In this document: one piece after another, positions 8,354-18,831 of the stretch
Layout of the letters: each line of letters begins with the position of its first letter
Position numbering within the stretch: position 1 is the stretch's first letter
From: a virus
Direction: 5' to 3' (one strand)
Virus record (IMG/VR): IMGVR_UViG_3300033142_001406
Location: 4,138 to 68,137 of that record
Length of the DNA: 64,000 bases
The notes under the pieces: model-generated
Seen by the model: only the letters and a program-made list of their open reading frames with translations
What the model was told of the DNA's origin: nothing
Database searches by the model: none
Program-made: the position numbers and the translations under genes

Positions 8354-9286
8354 TTAAGCATATTTTGATTCCACTTCGAAAGCAGCAGCCAGCTCGGAGA
8401 GCTGTCTGTCTCTGCTTTTCAGAGTATTTATATTTTTAGGTATCCCTTTTCCAACACCAGCCAGCAGCGCTGACACGCTGCGGTCTGCTATCGGTTGTTG
8501 TCCAGCAACTTCTTTTTGGGGCTGCTTCTGTATGTATTCAGCAGCGTTAAGGTTTTTAGCAGCGGATATCCCGGCAGTCCTAAGCCACGCCCACGGGTGG
8601 CGTATTCGCTGCCAGAGACGGACGAGAATATACAGACATTCTTGTATTGCGTCCGGTCTGACCCGCTGTTTCCAGAGATAATTTATTGCAGCTTCTGCGT
8701 TAAACCGCCGCTTTTTTTGCGGAAGGGACTCAAACTTTCTGATTAGAGGCTTCGCAGCCTCCAGAAACTCAATCCGTTCCCTCTGGGTATTTTTTTCCGA
8801 AACCACCGCAGGTGCAGCTTTGGGGTTTTTAATATTATCTAGCTTAGAAGTTTCCGTTTCTTTATTAGCGGGGGTTGTTTTTTGAGCGGCCAAACCACCG
8901 GGTATTCCGGCGTTTTGTAGGGCTTTATCATACTCAGTATGCCAGATCAGATAATAGTTGTTGTTCCGAACCTCAGCCGCGTGAGCCGCTTTGCGGTCAC
9001 GGTGAGCCGCAGACTCGACAACAACAAGCTTTTTGCGCTTCAAACCGCTGATTATTTTACGGATGGTGTCCGGGTGTCTTCCGAGCTGCTTCCCCAGATA
9101 TTCGAGACTCGGGTAGGCGAAGCCGTGAATTTTAGATTGGAAATTTAAGAGCTTTAGGAGGTTTTTTTCTGTTGCAGTTATATATTCCCCCATATTATCC
9201 AGCACTTTATCGAAGGGAACTGGGAGGTTAAGGATCGGAATTAACTGGTCTATTTTGTAAATTTGGGCTTGATTTTTAGAATTCAT
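8354..9286 (-). CDS. Putative replication initiator with N-terminal HTH (HTH_36-like)
   Basis: ITATEKNLL...AYPSLEYLGKQLGRHPDTIRKIISGLKRKKLV...NNYYL, then a low-complexity linker and helical C-terminal domain. Confidence 0.65.
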   Translation of the reverse strand: MNSKNQAQIYKIDQLIPILNLPVPFDKVLDNMGEYITATEKNLLKLLNFQSKIHGFAYPSLEYLGKQLGRHPDTIRKIISGLKRKKLVVVESAAHRDRKAAHAAEVRNNNYYLIWHTEYDKALQNAGIPGGLAAQKTTPANKETETSKLDNIKNPKAAPAVVSEKNTQRERIEFLEAAKPLIRKFESLPQKKRRFNAEAAINYLWKQRVRPDAIQECLYILVRLWQRIRHPWAWLRTAGISAAKNLNAAEYIQKQPQKEVAGQQPIADRSVSALLAGVGKGIPKNINTLKSRDRQLSELAAAFEVESKYA

Positions 9287-9295
9287 CTGCTATAG

Positions 9296-9364
9296 TCTTT
9301 CTCAGTTTTGAGGGTTATCTTTCTCAGTTTTAAGGGTTCGTTCTTTTACGGGTTCTTTTACGGG
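9296..9364. repeat. Iteron-like direct repeats upstream of the initiator gene
   Basis: TCTTTCTCAGTTTT(G/A)AGGGTT x2 (period 22) then TTCTTTTACGGG x2 (period 12). Confidence 0.7.
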
Positions 9365-9711
9365 TCACTCTTAATATTGGTGAGCAACTTTTTGGGTTAA
9401 TTGCCGACACCCACCGCAAGGTGGGTGGTTCAAAGTACAGCGGCCAAACTGACTTTCTACAAATTATTTTAAACGACTATCCCGTTCAAGCCTGCAAGCT
9501 TAAACGGGTTTTGTCGTTGTAGAGTTTAAAAGCACAATAACTATCCCCCTCTGTTTAATTTTTCTGTCCCCTCTTAACAACTTCTTGCACGTTTGTCCAA
9601 TTATATTATAAATTCAACTACTTAAGAAGCTGAAGTACGATCTTCTAAGCGTGAACATACCAACAAAACAAATCAAAAGCAAACAAAAACGAAATAAAAT
9701 AAAAATAAAGC

Positions 9712-9739
9712 TTGACAATTGTGGTAGGGTGCTTATATT
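9712..9739 (+). promoter_or_regulatory. Sigma70-like promoter upstream of the virion module
   Basis: TTGACA-16 nt-TATATT with an A-tract upstream. Confidence 0.5.
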
Positions 9740-9885
9740 GTGGATGTTGGAGTACTACCCCTTGTACTTTGTAGTTTTGCTTGAAAATATCGAAAGAGAC
9801 CTTCCCTAAAATAATTGAAATTTTGAAGCGACCTGCTTTCAGCAGCAATACTACTAAAGTGCGAGTCGGCAGTATGCGAGGATAA

Positions 9886-10365
9886 TTGACAGAGAAGAAA
9901 TCCAAATCCAAATCGAAAGTCAAAACCCCGAAGAAAATCATTCCAAAAGAAACAGCTTTGGCAGCACCCGAGGGTGCGTTGATAAAAGCTTACTCAGCTA
10001 AGAAGAAAAAAGAACTTACAACTAGGAAGTTAACTCAGAAAGAAACTAAAGCACTCGCAATAAGTGAGCGGCTGGCTCACGAAGGATTCGACGTTATCGG
10101 AGAAACCCTCAGTCTTTTCAAAGATCTGAAAAGGCAAGCTAAAAAAGACAAATCCAACAAATCACTTCTTAAGCAGCAGCAAGAGATTCTTTTTAAATTG
10201 TTAGATATGAACTTCGCAAGACCCCGCCCCGTAGACCAGAGGATGAGTTCAGACCGCATCCAGTTCAACATCCAGATCCCGTCAGCAACCCCAGCGGGCA
10301 GTCCAAAAGTGACCACAATTGACGTGAATAAGAAAGAGATAGGGATAGAAAATAAGAATGAGTAA
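9886..10365 (+). CDS. Putative terminase small subunit
   Basis: Basic 159 aa protein immediately before terL. Confidence 0.55.
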   Translation: MTEKKSKSKSKVKTPKKIIPKETALAAPEGALIKAYSAKKKKELTTRKLTQKETKALAISERLAHEGFDVIGETLSLFKDLKRQAKKDKSNKSLLKQQQEILFKLLDMNFARPRPVDQRMSSDRIQFNIQIPSATPAGSPKVTTIDVNKKEIGIENKNE

Positions 10366-10480
10366 GTAAGTAAGAGAGTAAGAGAGTAAGTAAGAGACTG
10401 GCAAAGTAAGTAAGTAAGTAAGAGAGTGAGTAAGAAACTAAGAAGGATAAAAAGTGAGAGAATAAGAAAGAGAGAAAGAT
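10359..10480 (+). repeat. Degenerate 4-bp-periodic repeat (AGTA/AGAG/AGAA), copy 1
   Basis: AGTAAGTAAGTAAGAGAGTAAGAGAGTAAGTAAGAG... Confidence 0.8.
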
Positions 10481-11923
10481 ATCGCCTTAGAAAGTATTGA
10501 TTACAAAATTCTGCCAACCTACGCGAAGATCATAAATGACCCAAATCCTTACATATTTTGTCGGGGACCAGTTGGAAGCGGCAAGTCTTCCGGGTCAATT
10601 TGGCACATCTTTTTGAACGCGATAAACCAAGCTCCAAACGCAAAAGGAGTGCGTCACAGTCGCTACGCGATAATCAGATCCTCTTATCCAGCACTCAAAT
10701 CGACAGTTATAAAATCTGTAATTGATTGGTTTGGCCCGATCGTCAAGATCGTTTACGACATACCGATTCGAGGTATGATCAAAACACCCCTCCCGGATGG
10801 AACTTACGTTGAGTGCGAACTTATATTTCTTTCAACCAGCCTTGATACAGACGTTAAGAAGCTTCAATCACTTGAATTAACTGGAGCTTTTATCAACGAA
10901 ACAACTGAAGTCCCTTTTGAGATCTTCAGTATGCTGAAGTCGCGTGTTGACAGATACCCGTCCCAGCGGGGTGTGGGGACAACCAAGAAATTTATACTTT
11001 GCGACTATAACTCTTGCGACACCGACCACTGGCTTTACAGACTCGCAGAAGAGATTAAACCAGAGAAGCACTCCTTTTACGCCCAACCTCCCGCGCTTTT
11101 ATTTGACGGGAAAGATTACCGAGTCAACCCCGAAGCAGAGAATATCGAGAACCTCCCAGCAACCTACTATACAGATATGGTTTACGGGCAAGATCCAGAC
11201 TGGGTGAGTGTTTACGTTCTAAATAATTACGGGCAGGTCCGTACCGGACGCCCAGTTTACAAAGCTTACGCAGACCGGGTTCACTGCTCCCCGGTAGATA
11301 TATTACCCCTGCGGGGTGTCCCTCTGGTTATCGGCTGCGACGTTGGACTCGACTGTTCGATAGTAATTACCCAACTTACACCCACCGGACAACTGCTGGT
11401 TATTGACGAGGTGAGTTGCGAGAACACATCCATTCTGGAGTTCGCTCACGATATTGTCTGGCCACTTTTACGGAACAAATACAGAGAGTTTGAGTACGAG
11501 ATTATCTGCGACCCAGCAGCAAAATTCAGATCGGCAAACGATAAACAGTCTGCTTTGGATATTATGATCCGGGCAGGTTTACCAGTTCGGATCGCGTATA
11601 CAAACGAGCCTCTGGCGAGGAGGGAAGCAGTAAACTTCTTCCTACGGAAGCAGATAGGAGGAGTAAGTGGCTTCTCCCTTTCACCACGTTGCAAAGTATT
11701 AAGAAAAGGATTTATAAGCGGGTATCGGTACTCAAAGTTGAGTAATTCCAATATGTTCAAAGAGAAGCCCGAGAAGAATTCTTTCAGTCACCCCCACGAC
11801 GCTTTACAGTACGCGCTACTAGAATTGAGCAAGGGACGGGTTTTAAGAAAACGCCGACACTCCAATAGACCAACCTCAGATTTTAAGTATGACGGCACTC
11901 CAGCAACCAACGTAGGCTACTAA
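10481..11923 (+). CDS. terL: Terminase large subunit (start extended upstream; probable ATC start)
   Basis: Walker A GPVGSGKS lies in frame at 10565-10588, upstream of the called start; Walker B-like AFINE; nuclease IGCDVG...HPHDALQY. Confidence 0.9.
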   Translation: MALESIDYKILPTYAKIINDPNPYIFCRGPVGSGKSSGSIWHIFLNAINQAPNAKGVRHSRYAIIRSSYPALKSTVIKSVIDWFGPIVKIVYDIPIRGMIKTPLPDGTYVECELIFLSTSLDTDVKKLQSLELTGAFINETTEVPFEIFSMLKSRVDRYPSQRGVGTTKKFILCDYNSCDTDHWLYRLAEEIKPEKHSFYAQPPALLFDGKDYRVNPEAENIENLPATYYTDMVYGQDPDWVSVYVLNNYGQVRTGRPVYKAYADRVHCSPVDILPLRGVPLVIGCDVGLDCSIVITQLTPTGQLLVIDEVSCENTSILEFAHDIVWPLLRNKYREFEYEIICDPAAKFRSANDKQSALDIMIRAGLPVRIAYTNEPLARREAVNFFLRKQIGGVSGFSLSPRCKVLRKGFISGYRYSKLSNSNMFKEKPEKNSFSHPHDALQYALLELSKGRVLRKRRHSNRPTSDFKYDGTPATNVGY

Positions 11924-11943
11924 AATAATTAGGATAATAAAAT

Positions 11944-12342
11944 ATGGCTAACGAAGTCTTTAAAAAATTTAGAACCACTTTCACTTGCCAATCTTCTGTA
12001 GAGATTATTGACGGCAACCATTCGAGCGGAGATCTTACCCCCATAAACACGGGGACGGGAGGGAACGCTGAAGGTGCTGAACTGCTATATATAACGATAG
12101 AAGTTAGTTCTGCTCCAACGTCAGATTGTACGGCAGAAATATACAGCCGCGTAGGGGATGCAACAAATACTCTTTCGGACTGGGAATATCTGCTAACTGC
12201 CCCAGTTTTAACCGACTCAGTACGAATTAATTGTGGTCTTGTAGTTGTAGAAGGTCAGTACGGTGATTTTTCTTGCAAAGCTGTTGGTGCAAATTTTACA
12301 TCTCACCTAACTGTCCGACCCGCGTTGGTTGAGGTCCAGTAA
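11944..12342 (+). CDS. Putative virion structural protein
   Basis: Beta-rich 132 aa protein in the structural operon. Confidence 0.55.
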   Translation: MANEVFKKFRTTFTCQSSVEIIDGNHSSGDLTPINTGTGGNAEGAELLYITIEVSSAPTSDCTAEIYSRVGDATNTLSDWEYLLTAPVLTDSVRINCGLVVVEGQYGDFSCKAVGANFTSHLTVRPALVEVQ

Positions 12343-14922
12343 TTGAGTTATTTAAGGCAACTGTGGAAGAGAAGGCCGAAACAGTGGGGCAGTTTTACGG
12401 CGGTTCAGAGATCGCTCTTTGAAAATCTTGGGAGCCAAAATATCGGGATTGATCCCGAGAGTTGTATAGTCGCAATACCTTTTTGGGAACGGGCAGGAGA
12501 TTATCACAGCTACGGGGTGCTGAGAGGTAGCGGTACCCCATCATCTTGGCAATCTGGTGGGGCATATTTTCAAGAGCAGAGTACTACTAATATTGTTACG
12601 AACTTGGGGACTAGCGATTTTACAATATTAGTTGTGGGCGTAGCGGAAGTCCAGACAGCCACGACTCCAACTCTGATAGCATCTGGGAGTATAGCAACTG
12701 GGGACTGGAGGATATTTGGCCGAAATACCAACCTGTTATTAGAGAGGTTCGCAGCTTACGACGGAACCCACACCACAAATAACACCGCATCAACAATAGA
12801 TGGTCCGATAGAGTGGGGTGTTACTAAAAACGATAATAGTGTCTCTTTATATACTGACGCCGAAGTTGCCGCTGCCAGTGGCGAAAGAACTTTTAATTTA
12901 AACTCCCCTAACCCCCTGTCGTTATGCGGAACACTGGATAACAGTTCCACATACTTCCGAGCAGTTCTTTCCAACACTATAATTCTAAAACAGCACATAA
13001 CCCCAGAGCAATACTACACGTTGTCGAGTGGGCCATCCATATTCGCGCCAGTACCCGCACGAACGTATTTTCTACCCGCAGAAACACAACCCGTACCAGG
13101 ACCGGGTTATTTAAGGCGGTTGTGGAAAAGAAAACCGAAACAGTGGGGTAGTTTTTCCGCAGTAAGGTCGGCGCTCTTTAACCGAGCGGAACTACTTGGG
13201 ATTAGCTCCGAGAACGTAGGTGTTGCCTTACCTTTTTGGGAAGGTTCGGGAGAATATCTGTATGACTACGGTAGGTTAGGTCACAGAACGGAATCCGATA
13301 AATACTACTACAATAACGACGGCGTAACTTTTTCAGACACGGTTTTTTACGCCGACAAGGACCCTTTAATTCAGCCGGATTACGCTGAAGTTTCCGTTGT
13401 TGCTGCTATTGAGCTTCTGCCTTGGCTATTGCCTAATTATCACTGGATTGCTAACAGATGGCTTAATTCTGGCGGCGCGGCATACGGTATGTATATTCGT
13501 GTCAAAGATTCGCCATACAGTCTGTACGCATATCACAACGGCAGTAGTGAAAGTGTCAATAGCACCTACGATCAGTTGTACGAAACTACGTCTATTTCGT
13601 ATGTATATCAAGATCTTAACGTTAAGGCATACTTAGACTATAAGGAGATGATAGATTGGGACGTAGCAAGTCCTTTACAATATACGACTACTTCCACCGA
13701 CGGAACGGATGGTTTGATGATCGGCGGGCAAAAGTTCGGTGGTGAGCTAACAAGTTCAATCCTAAAAAGTTTACTGATTTTTAGCGAACCAATTTCAGCG
13801 GATCAAGTCGGTATTTTGTATGACAATCCGTTCCAGCTCTGGCAACCAGCACTCCAGAGAACGATATTCATTCCTTCTGGGGATTCACCCGATCTGTTGA
13901 GCTTGGACAGTCTTACCCACAATCAAGCGGTCCCCAATCTGAATTTAACGCAGAAACACTCAGTTACAGCAAATAGTCTGGCGCAAGTCCACACCATTCC
14001 GAACTTAGATATTTCTGGGTATTTAGAACTACTTTTAGACAGCTTAACACACGCACAATCTGTCTCCAATTTGTCAGTCAGTCAGACCCACGGTCTGACA
14101 CCAGATAATATACAACAATTACAGACACTTGAAGAACCAGCTCTTACCGCCTTTGCTGATCTGATCGTCCAGCACTTAGCGCACCAACACAGCCTTGATA
14201 ATCTGGCCGTGGCTCAACTACACTCACTTGTGGCAGAAGGATTATCTCACAACCACAACACCCCAAATATAGAGATAAATCAATATCATACTGTAACTGC
14301 TAATAGTCTCTCTCAGTCTCAAACACTCGAAACAACAACGCTTACCGAGTTGTCAGAATTAATCGTTGATTACCTTGTCCACGATAATAATTTAGATCCA
14401 GCGGTTTTAACCCAAATCCACAGTTTGACCGTAGATCAGTTAACCCAAGCCCAGACAATAAACAACGTAACAATAGAGCTTCCCGGTCTGCTGGCTATAG
14501 CTGATCTCTTGCAAGATCAGACAATTACAACCGCAGACGTAACGCAAGCCCACGATCTAATAATACAGAATGCAGGGCACAACCACAATCTGGGGACAGT
14601 ACAACTCATACTTCTTTTAGAGTTGGCGGGACTGTCCCACCTTAACACACTTGAAACACTGGATCTTATAAAGGTTATCACCGTAGATAATCTTAACCAC
14701 TCCAACAATTTAGGGGAGATGAGTATCACGCAAGTGAGTGATCTGCTTGTAAACGATCTCCAGCACAATCAAACACTTAAGCGTGTAATAATTGGACTGC
14801 CCTCGGGCAGAATAACAATACTTCTAACCGGAAAATCAAGCGGGGTACAATTTGACAGCTCAAAATCAGACATCCTCTTCACCGAGCACTCAAAATCAAA
14901 CATCTCTTTCATCGAGCACTAA
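12343..14922 (+). CDS. Putative fibre/decoration protein with two LamG-like modules and a repetitive stalk
   Basis: Duplicated YLR.LWKR.PKQWGSF.AV..ALF motif; ~38-aa repeats L..D.L.H.Q.L....LTQ.H.L. Confidence 0.6.
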   Translation: MSYLRQLWKRRPKQWGSFTAVQRSLFENLGSQNIGIDPESCIVAIPFWERAGDYHSYGVLRGSGTPSSWQSGGAYFQEQSTTNIVTNLGTSDFTILVVGVAEVQTATTPTLIASGSIATGDWRIFGRNTNLLLERFAAYDGTHTTNNTASTIDGPIEWGVTKNDNSVSLYTDAEVAAASGERTFNLNSPNPLSLCGTLDNSSTYFRAVLSNTIILKQHITPEQYYTLSSGPSIFAPVPARTYFLPAETQPVPGPGYLRRLWKRKPKQWGSFSAVRSALFNRAELLGISSENVGVALPFWEGSGEYLYDYGRLGHRTESDKYYYNNDGVTFSDTVFYADKDPLIQPDYAEVSVVAAIELLPWLLPNYHWIANRWLNSGGAAYGMYIRVKDSPYSLYAYHNGSSESVNSTYDQLYETTSISYVYQDLNVKAYLDYKEMIDWDVASPLQYTTTSTDGTDGLMIGGQKFGGELTSSILKSLLIFSEPISADQVGILYDNPFQLWQPALQRTIFIPSGDSPDLLSLDSLTHNQAVPNLNLTQKHSVTANSLAQVHTIPNLDISGYLELLLDSLTHAQSVSNLSVSQTHGLTPDNIQQLQTLEEPALTAFADLIVQHLAHQHSLDNLAVAQLHSLVAEGLSHNHNTPNIEINQYHTVTANSLSQSQTLETTTLTELSELIVDYLVHDNNLDPAVLTQIHSLTVDQLTQAQTINNVTIELPGLLAIADLLQDQTITTADVTQAHDLIIQNAGHNHNLGTVQLILLLELAGLSHLNTLETLDLIKVITVDNLNHSNNLGEMSITQVSDLLVNDLQHNQTLKRVIIGLPSGRITILLTGKSSGVQFDSSKSDILFTEHSKSNISFIEH

Positions 14923-14999
14923 AGAGCAAGAGAGTGAAACAGTCACTCTAAACATCCAGAACGTAATTCACCAAATCAAAATCAAGGACAAGAAATAAT

Positions 15000-15365
15000 A
15001 TGGGAAAATCAATTGACGATACGGTACTGGACGCGGCTTTAGACGTTATAGCTGCGTGTGATAAGCTAACAATTACGAGTGACACGAGTACACCAACGGA
15101 TATCACTACAAATCCTCTGGCTCAAGCGACAGACCTTGTGCCGGGGGATTACACTATAGAGAACGGTGCTGTTTCGGGGCGTAAAATTATAGTCCCCGCC
15201 CGAACGGATATGAACGTTGACGTGGGTGGGACAGCAAAACATATTGTACTTTCCAACGGGAGTGATATCAAGCTTATAACTACCTGCGACGATCAAGTAC
15301 TTGTTCAAGACAGTAAAGTATCAACCCCAACTTTCAGCGATGAAATCGCTGATCCGACTGTATAG
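15000..15365 (+). CDS. Putative virion structural protein
   Basis: DTVLDAALD...GAVSGRKI pattern seen in phage structural proteins. Confidence 0.55.
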   Translation: MGKSIDDTVLDAALDVIAACDKLTITSDTSTPTDITTNPLAQATDLVPGDYTIENGAVSGRKIIVPARTDMNVDVGGTAKHIVLSNGSDIKLITTCDDQVLVQDSKVSTPTFSDEIADPTV

Positions 15366-15366
15366 T

Positions 15367-15699
15367 ATGCTACTCGATATCCAGCCCAACGAAGAGGGTA
15401 CCTATATAATATCTGTAACGATTACAGACGCTTTGGGCGCGGGAATATCTGTAGACGCTCTGACAACCGGAACTTGGACACTCTATAAAGGTACCAGTAC
15501 GGTAGTTAACGAGAGAGAAGATATCGCTATCCCCACTGACGGGAATATAGTTCTGACCGGGGATGATCTCGCACTTATCACCGGGGAAACAAGAAAAAGA
15601 ACAATAAAAGTACACGTCGTTTACGATTCGACTTACGGCGAAGATCTGACAGATAACGCCGAAATATCCTTTAAAATCAAGAACCTCAAGACGATATAG
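15367..15699 (+). CDS. Putative virion structural protein (start revised to ATG 15367)
   Basis: Beta-sandwich-like sequence, coupled to the previous stop. Confidence 0.55.
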   Translation: MLLDIQPNEEGTYIISVTITDALGAGISVDALTTGTWTLYKGTSTVVNEREDIAIPTDGNIVLTGDDLALITGETRKRTIKVHVVYDSTYGEDLTDNAEISFKIKNLKTI

Positions 15700-15712
15700 A
15701 GAGTCCCCTAAT

Positions 15713-17698
15713 ATGCCAAGTCAATTAGAAAAAGAACAAGAGGTTTTTGAAAATCACTTCGAGGAAGAGATTCCAGAAGAGGGTGGTCCCCGCCCAGCAT
15801 ACTACGATCATATCAGTCCGTTGGGGATAAAACTGCAAGGTCTGTTTACTCAAGCAGAAGACGAGCGCCGGGACGTTGAAGAGGAGTGGTTAAAAGATCT
15901 CAGACAATACAAGGGGTTATACGACCCAGAAGTCCTCGCCAGAATCCACCCGAAAAGATCAAAAGCTTTTTTGTCGGTTACAAGAACAAAAGTAAAGACT
16001 GTGACCGCGAGGATGATGGATCTTCTATTTCCAGCATCCCGCGAAAAGAACTGGGGAATACAACCCACCCCGGTACCGGAAATAAATCCGCAAATAAAAC
16101 AGCAGATTACAGAACAATATATAGCAAAAACCAGCAAGACTCCGACTGAAGCTCAGATAAACGACATCCTATACAACTTTGCTAAAAAATCAGCGGAGCG
16201 TATGGAAAAAGAGATAGCTGACCAGCTTGCAGAGCTGGAATATACAAAGATTGTAAGAGAGGTTATAAGCTCCGGGAATCTTTACGGAACCGGAATACTG
16301 AAAGGTCCTCTGGCCCAAGAGAAAGTTGCGAAGCGTTGGTTTCAATCAGACGCTGAAAACTGGGATTCACTCGATATTAAATCTCTTCATCCCTATTGCG
16401 AATTTGTTTCACTCTGGGATGTTTATCTCGATCAGTCAGCCAAGAATATAGAGGACTCTCGGTATATTTTCCAGCGTTACGTTCTGCCCAAGAACAAGGT
16501 TCTGGAACTTGCCGAAAGATCTGATTTTAAAGCAGATCCTCTGACGCTTTACGTCAAAGACCACCCTACGGGTGATAGCGAATACAAGGCGTTTGAAACA
16601 AACCTCAGTATGATCGACGGCAAGAATAGAGTGGGAACCACAATCCAGCGAGAGGGTTATTTTGACGTGCTGGAGTACTGGGGATTTATCGACGTTGAGG
16701 AGCTGAAGAATCTTGACGTTGACTTGAAGGGAATTCCAGAGGGAGCAACAGAGGTTGCTTGTAACGTTTGGCTTCTTGGTAACGTAGTAATTAAAGTCGT
16801 TCTGTCCCCGATAAGCGGAATAGTTTTTCCTTACTATACCTACTATTTCGACAAAGACGAAACGTCAATCTACGGGCAGGGCTTACCTTATATTATGAGG
16901 GACAGCCAAACACTCTTTAACGCCGCCGTCAGAGGAATGCTTGACAACGCGGCAATATCCGCTGGACCTATTATTGAAGCAAATATGGACCTCCTTGAGC
17001 CAGACGAAGATCCTACGGATCTGTTTCCGTTCCGGGTGTTTAAGAGGTCGGGACTCGGAATCGAGAGTACTCAAAGAGCAATCCACGTAGAGACTTTGCC
17101 TTCCTATACCAACGAGTTTATGGCGATGACAGAATTCTTTCTGGCAGCAGCCGACGAGACAACCGCTATACCTCGCTATATGGCGGGGGACAGCACAAAT
17201 ATGGGAGGTGCTGCCACGACTGCCAGCGGTCTTAGTATGCTTTTCGGGGCAGTCAATATTACTCTCAAGGACCAAGTAACCAGTTACGACAACGATATTA
17301 CTAAGAAATATATCAGAAACCACTACTTCTTTAATATGGAGTTCAGCCCCAAATCGGAGAACAAAGGGGATTACTCAGTTATTGCGAGAGGATCTACCTC
17401 GCTGGTTGCGAAGGAAGTTCAAGCAGAACATCTTAATCAGTTTATGATTACCACCAACAACGAGTATGATCAGCGGTACGTTAACAGAGACGTTTGCCTC
17501 CGCGAGTTCGCCAAATCACTCGATTTAACTGAATTTGGACTGATCAAACCACCAGAACAAGTCGCTCACGAAAACGAAATAAGAGCAAAACAGAACCAGC
17601 AGCAACAAGAATTTGAGCGAGAACTCGCAAAAGAGAAGGCTGCTTCGGGCGGCCATATGGCCGACAAAGGCCAGACTCCCCAGTTAGGAACGCCCTAA
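15713..17698 (+). CDS. Portal protein
   Basis: 661 aa; EEEWLKDLRQYKGLY, GNLYGTGILKGP, YGQGLP...RDSQ...NAAVRGMLDNAAISAGP, TASGLSML. Confidence 0.85.
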   Translation: MPSQLEKEQEVFENHFEEEIPEEGGPRPAYYDHISPLGIKLQGLFTQAEDERRDVEEEWLKDLRQYKGLYDPEVLARIHPKRSKAFLSVTRTKVKTVTARMMDLLFPASREKNWGIQPTPVPEINPQIKQQITEQYIAKTSKTPTEAQINDILYNFAKKSAERMEKEIADQLAELEYTKIVREVISSGNLYGTGILKGPLAQEKVAKRWFQSDAENWDSLDIKSLHPYCEFVSLWDVYLDQSAKNIEDSRYIFQRYVLPKNKVLELAERSDFKADPLTLYVKDHPTGDSEYKAFETNLSMIDGKNRVGTTIQREGYFDVLEYWGFIDVEELKNLDVDLKGIPEGATEVACNVWLLGNVVIKVVLSPISGIVFPYYTYYFDKDETSIYGQGLPYIMRDSQTLFNAAVRGMLDNAAISAGPIIEANMDLLEPDEDPTDLFPFRVFKRSGLGIESTQRAIHVETLPSYTNEFMAMTEFFLAAADETTAIPRYMAGDSTNMGGAATTASGLSMLFGAVNITLKDQVTSYDNDITKKYIRNHYFFNMEFSPKSENKGDYSVIARGSTSLVAKEVQAEHLNQFMITTNNEYDQRYVNRDVCLREFAKSLDLTEFGLIKPPEQVAHENEIRAKQNQQQQEFERELAKEKAASGGHMADKGQTPQLGTP

Positions 17699-17926
17699 TT
17701 GCTAAATACAATAAACGAAATAAGAACAGATAGTTATACCGCTTGTTTTCGAGCCTCCTTAAAATTATTTGAGATAAGGATCGGGATCTTAAGCGACAAA
17801 CTCCACACTGCCGAAGGCGACGAGGTTCTGCGATTGCAAGGAGGAATAAAAGAGCTGAAGCAATTACAAGCACTTTTTACCAAACCCCAACCGCGAACAG
17901 ATCAAGTTGACGGCGCATATTACTAA
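17699..17926 (+). CDS. Small post-portal protein
   Basis: 75 aa with EVLRLQGGIKEL motif typical of genes between portal and scaffold. Confidence 0.6.
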   Translation: MLNTINEIRTDSYTACFRASLKLFEIRIGILSDKLHTAEGDEVLRLQGGIKELKQLQALFTKPQPRTDQVDGAYY

Positions 17927-17941
17927 AAAAAAGGGAATCAA

Positions 17942-18793
17942 TTGGCAGAAGAAATAGAGACTGTTGAACCAACAGACGAAGAGATATTCGGGCAAGCTTT
18001 TGACGAAGACGAGGCCACTGACAGTGATACCCCGACTGAAGAAGCTAACTCTACAACTAAGGAGATCGTCCCAGCAGAAGAACTGGCTAACGATACAACC
18101 GAAGAAACAGAGACAACCGAAGACGAAGATCCACCGGACTTCGAGGCTCTTTTCAATCAAGAAAAACAGAAGAACGCAAGCTGGGACGGTCGGATCAAAG
18201 CGGCGAACGAAAGAGCCGCCGAAGCCGAAAAACAACTCCAGCAATCCCAACAAATCCAACAAGATTCGAATCCGTTTAAAGAAGAAACAGACGATAATTC
18301 GGATAGTGAGGATGACGTTCTTGCAGAATTTGTTGACGAATTCCCAGAGCTGGAAACACCGCTTAACTTGCTGATCGAGAAAAAGACAAGATCTTTAATC
18401 GAAGAGCAGCTTAAGACGCTTACTCCAGCAGTACAGCAGCTCACCGAGTCTGCTAAAAAAAGCGAAGCAGAATCGCACTACAAAAAGATCACGTCAGCAC
18501 ACCCAGATTGGTCTACTACGTTAAGTTCTGGACGGTTAGACGGCTGGATAGACAAGCAGCCCTTTATCATCCGAAACACCTACAAGGGGATTATCAAAGC
18601 GGGTTCAACTGACGAGGTTATCGAACTATTAACCATATTTAAACAGACAAATCAGCAAGAAACAAAACAAGCGAAAACCCAAAAGGCTAAGAATCTTATA
18701 GCGGTAAGATCCGGCCCAGCCTCCACCGGAGGCACATACAAGGGCGCATCTGATCCAAACGATTTTGAAGCAGCTTGGGATGAGTTTGACTAG
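17942..18793 (+). CDS. Capsid scaffolding protein
   Basis: Acidic coiled coil, AHPDW, C-terminal DFEAAWDEF, directly before the capsid gene. Confidence 0.75.
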   Translation: MAEEIETVEPTDEEIFGQAFDEDEATDSDTPTEEANSTTKEIVPAEELANDTTEETETTEDEDPPDFEALFNQEKQKNASWDGRIKAANERAAEAEKQLQQSQQIQQDSNPFKEETDDNSDSEDDVLAEFVDEFPELETPLNLLIEKKTRSLIEEQLKTLTPAVQQLTESAKKSEAESHYKKITSAHPDWSTTLSSGRLDGWIDKQPFIIRNTYKGIIKAGSTDEVIELLTIFKQTNQQETKQAKTQKAKNLIAVRSGPASTGGTYKGASDPNDFEAAWDEFD

Positions 18794-18831
18794 TCGAATT
18801 TTTGATTTGTCGAATATAAAGAGGTACTAGA

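Noticed and set aside
10077-10517. 146-aa hydrophobic antisense ORF
   Set aside because: Its Leu/Thr/Tyr pattern is the translation of the AGTA repeat, and it overlaps terS on the opposite strand
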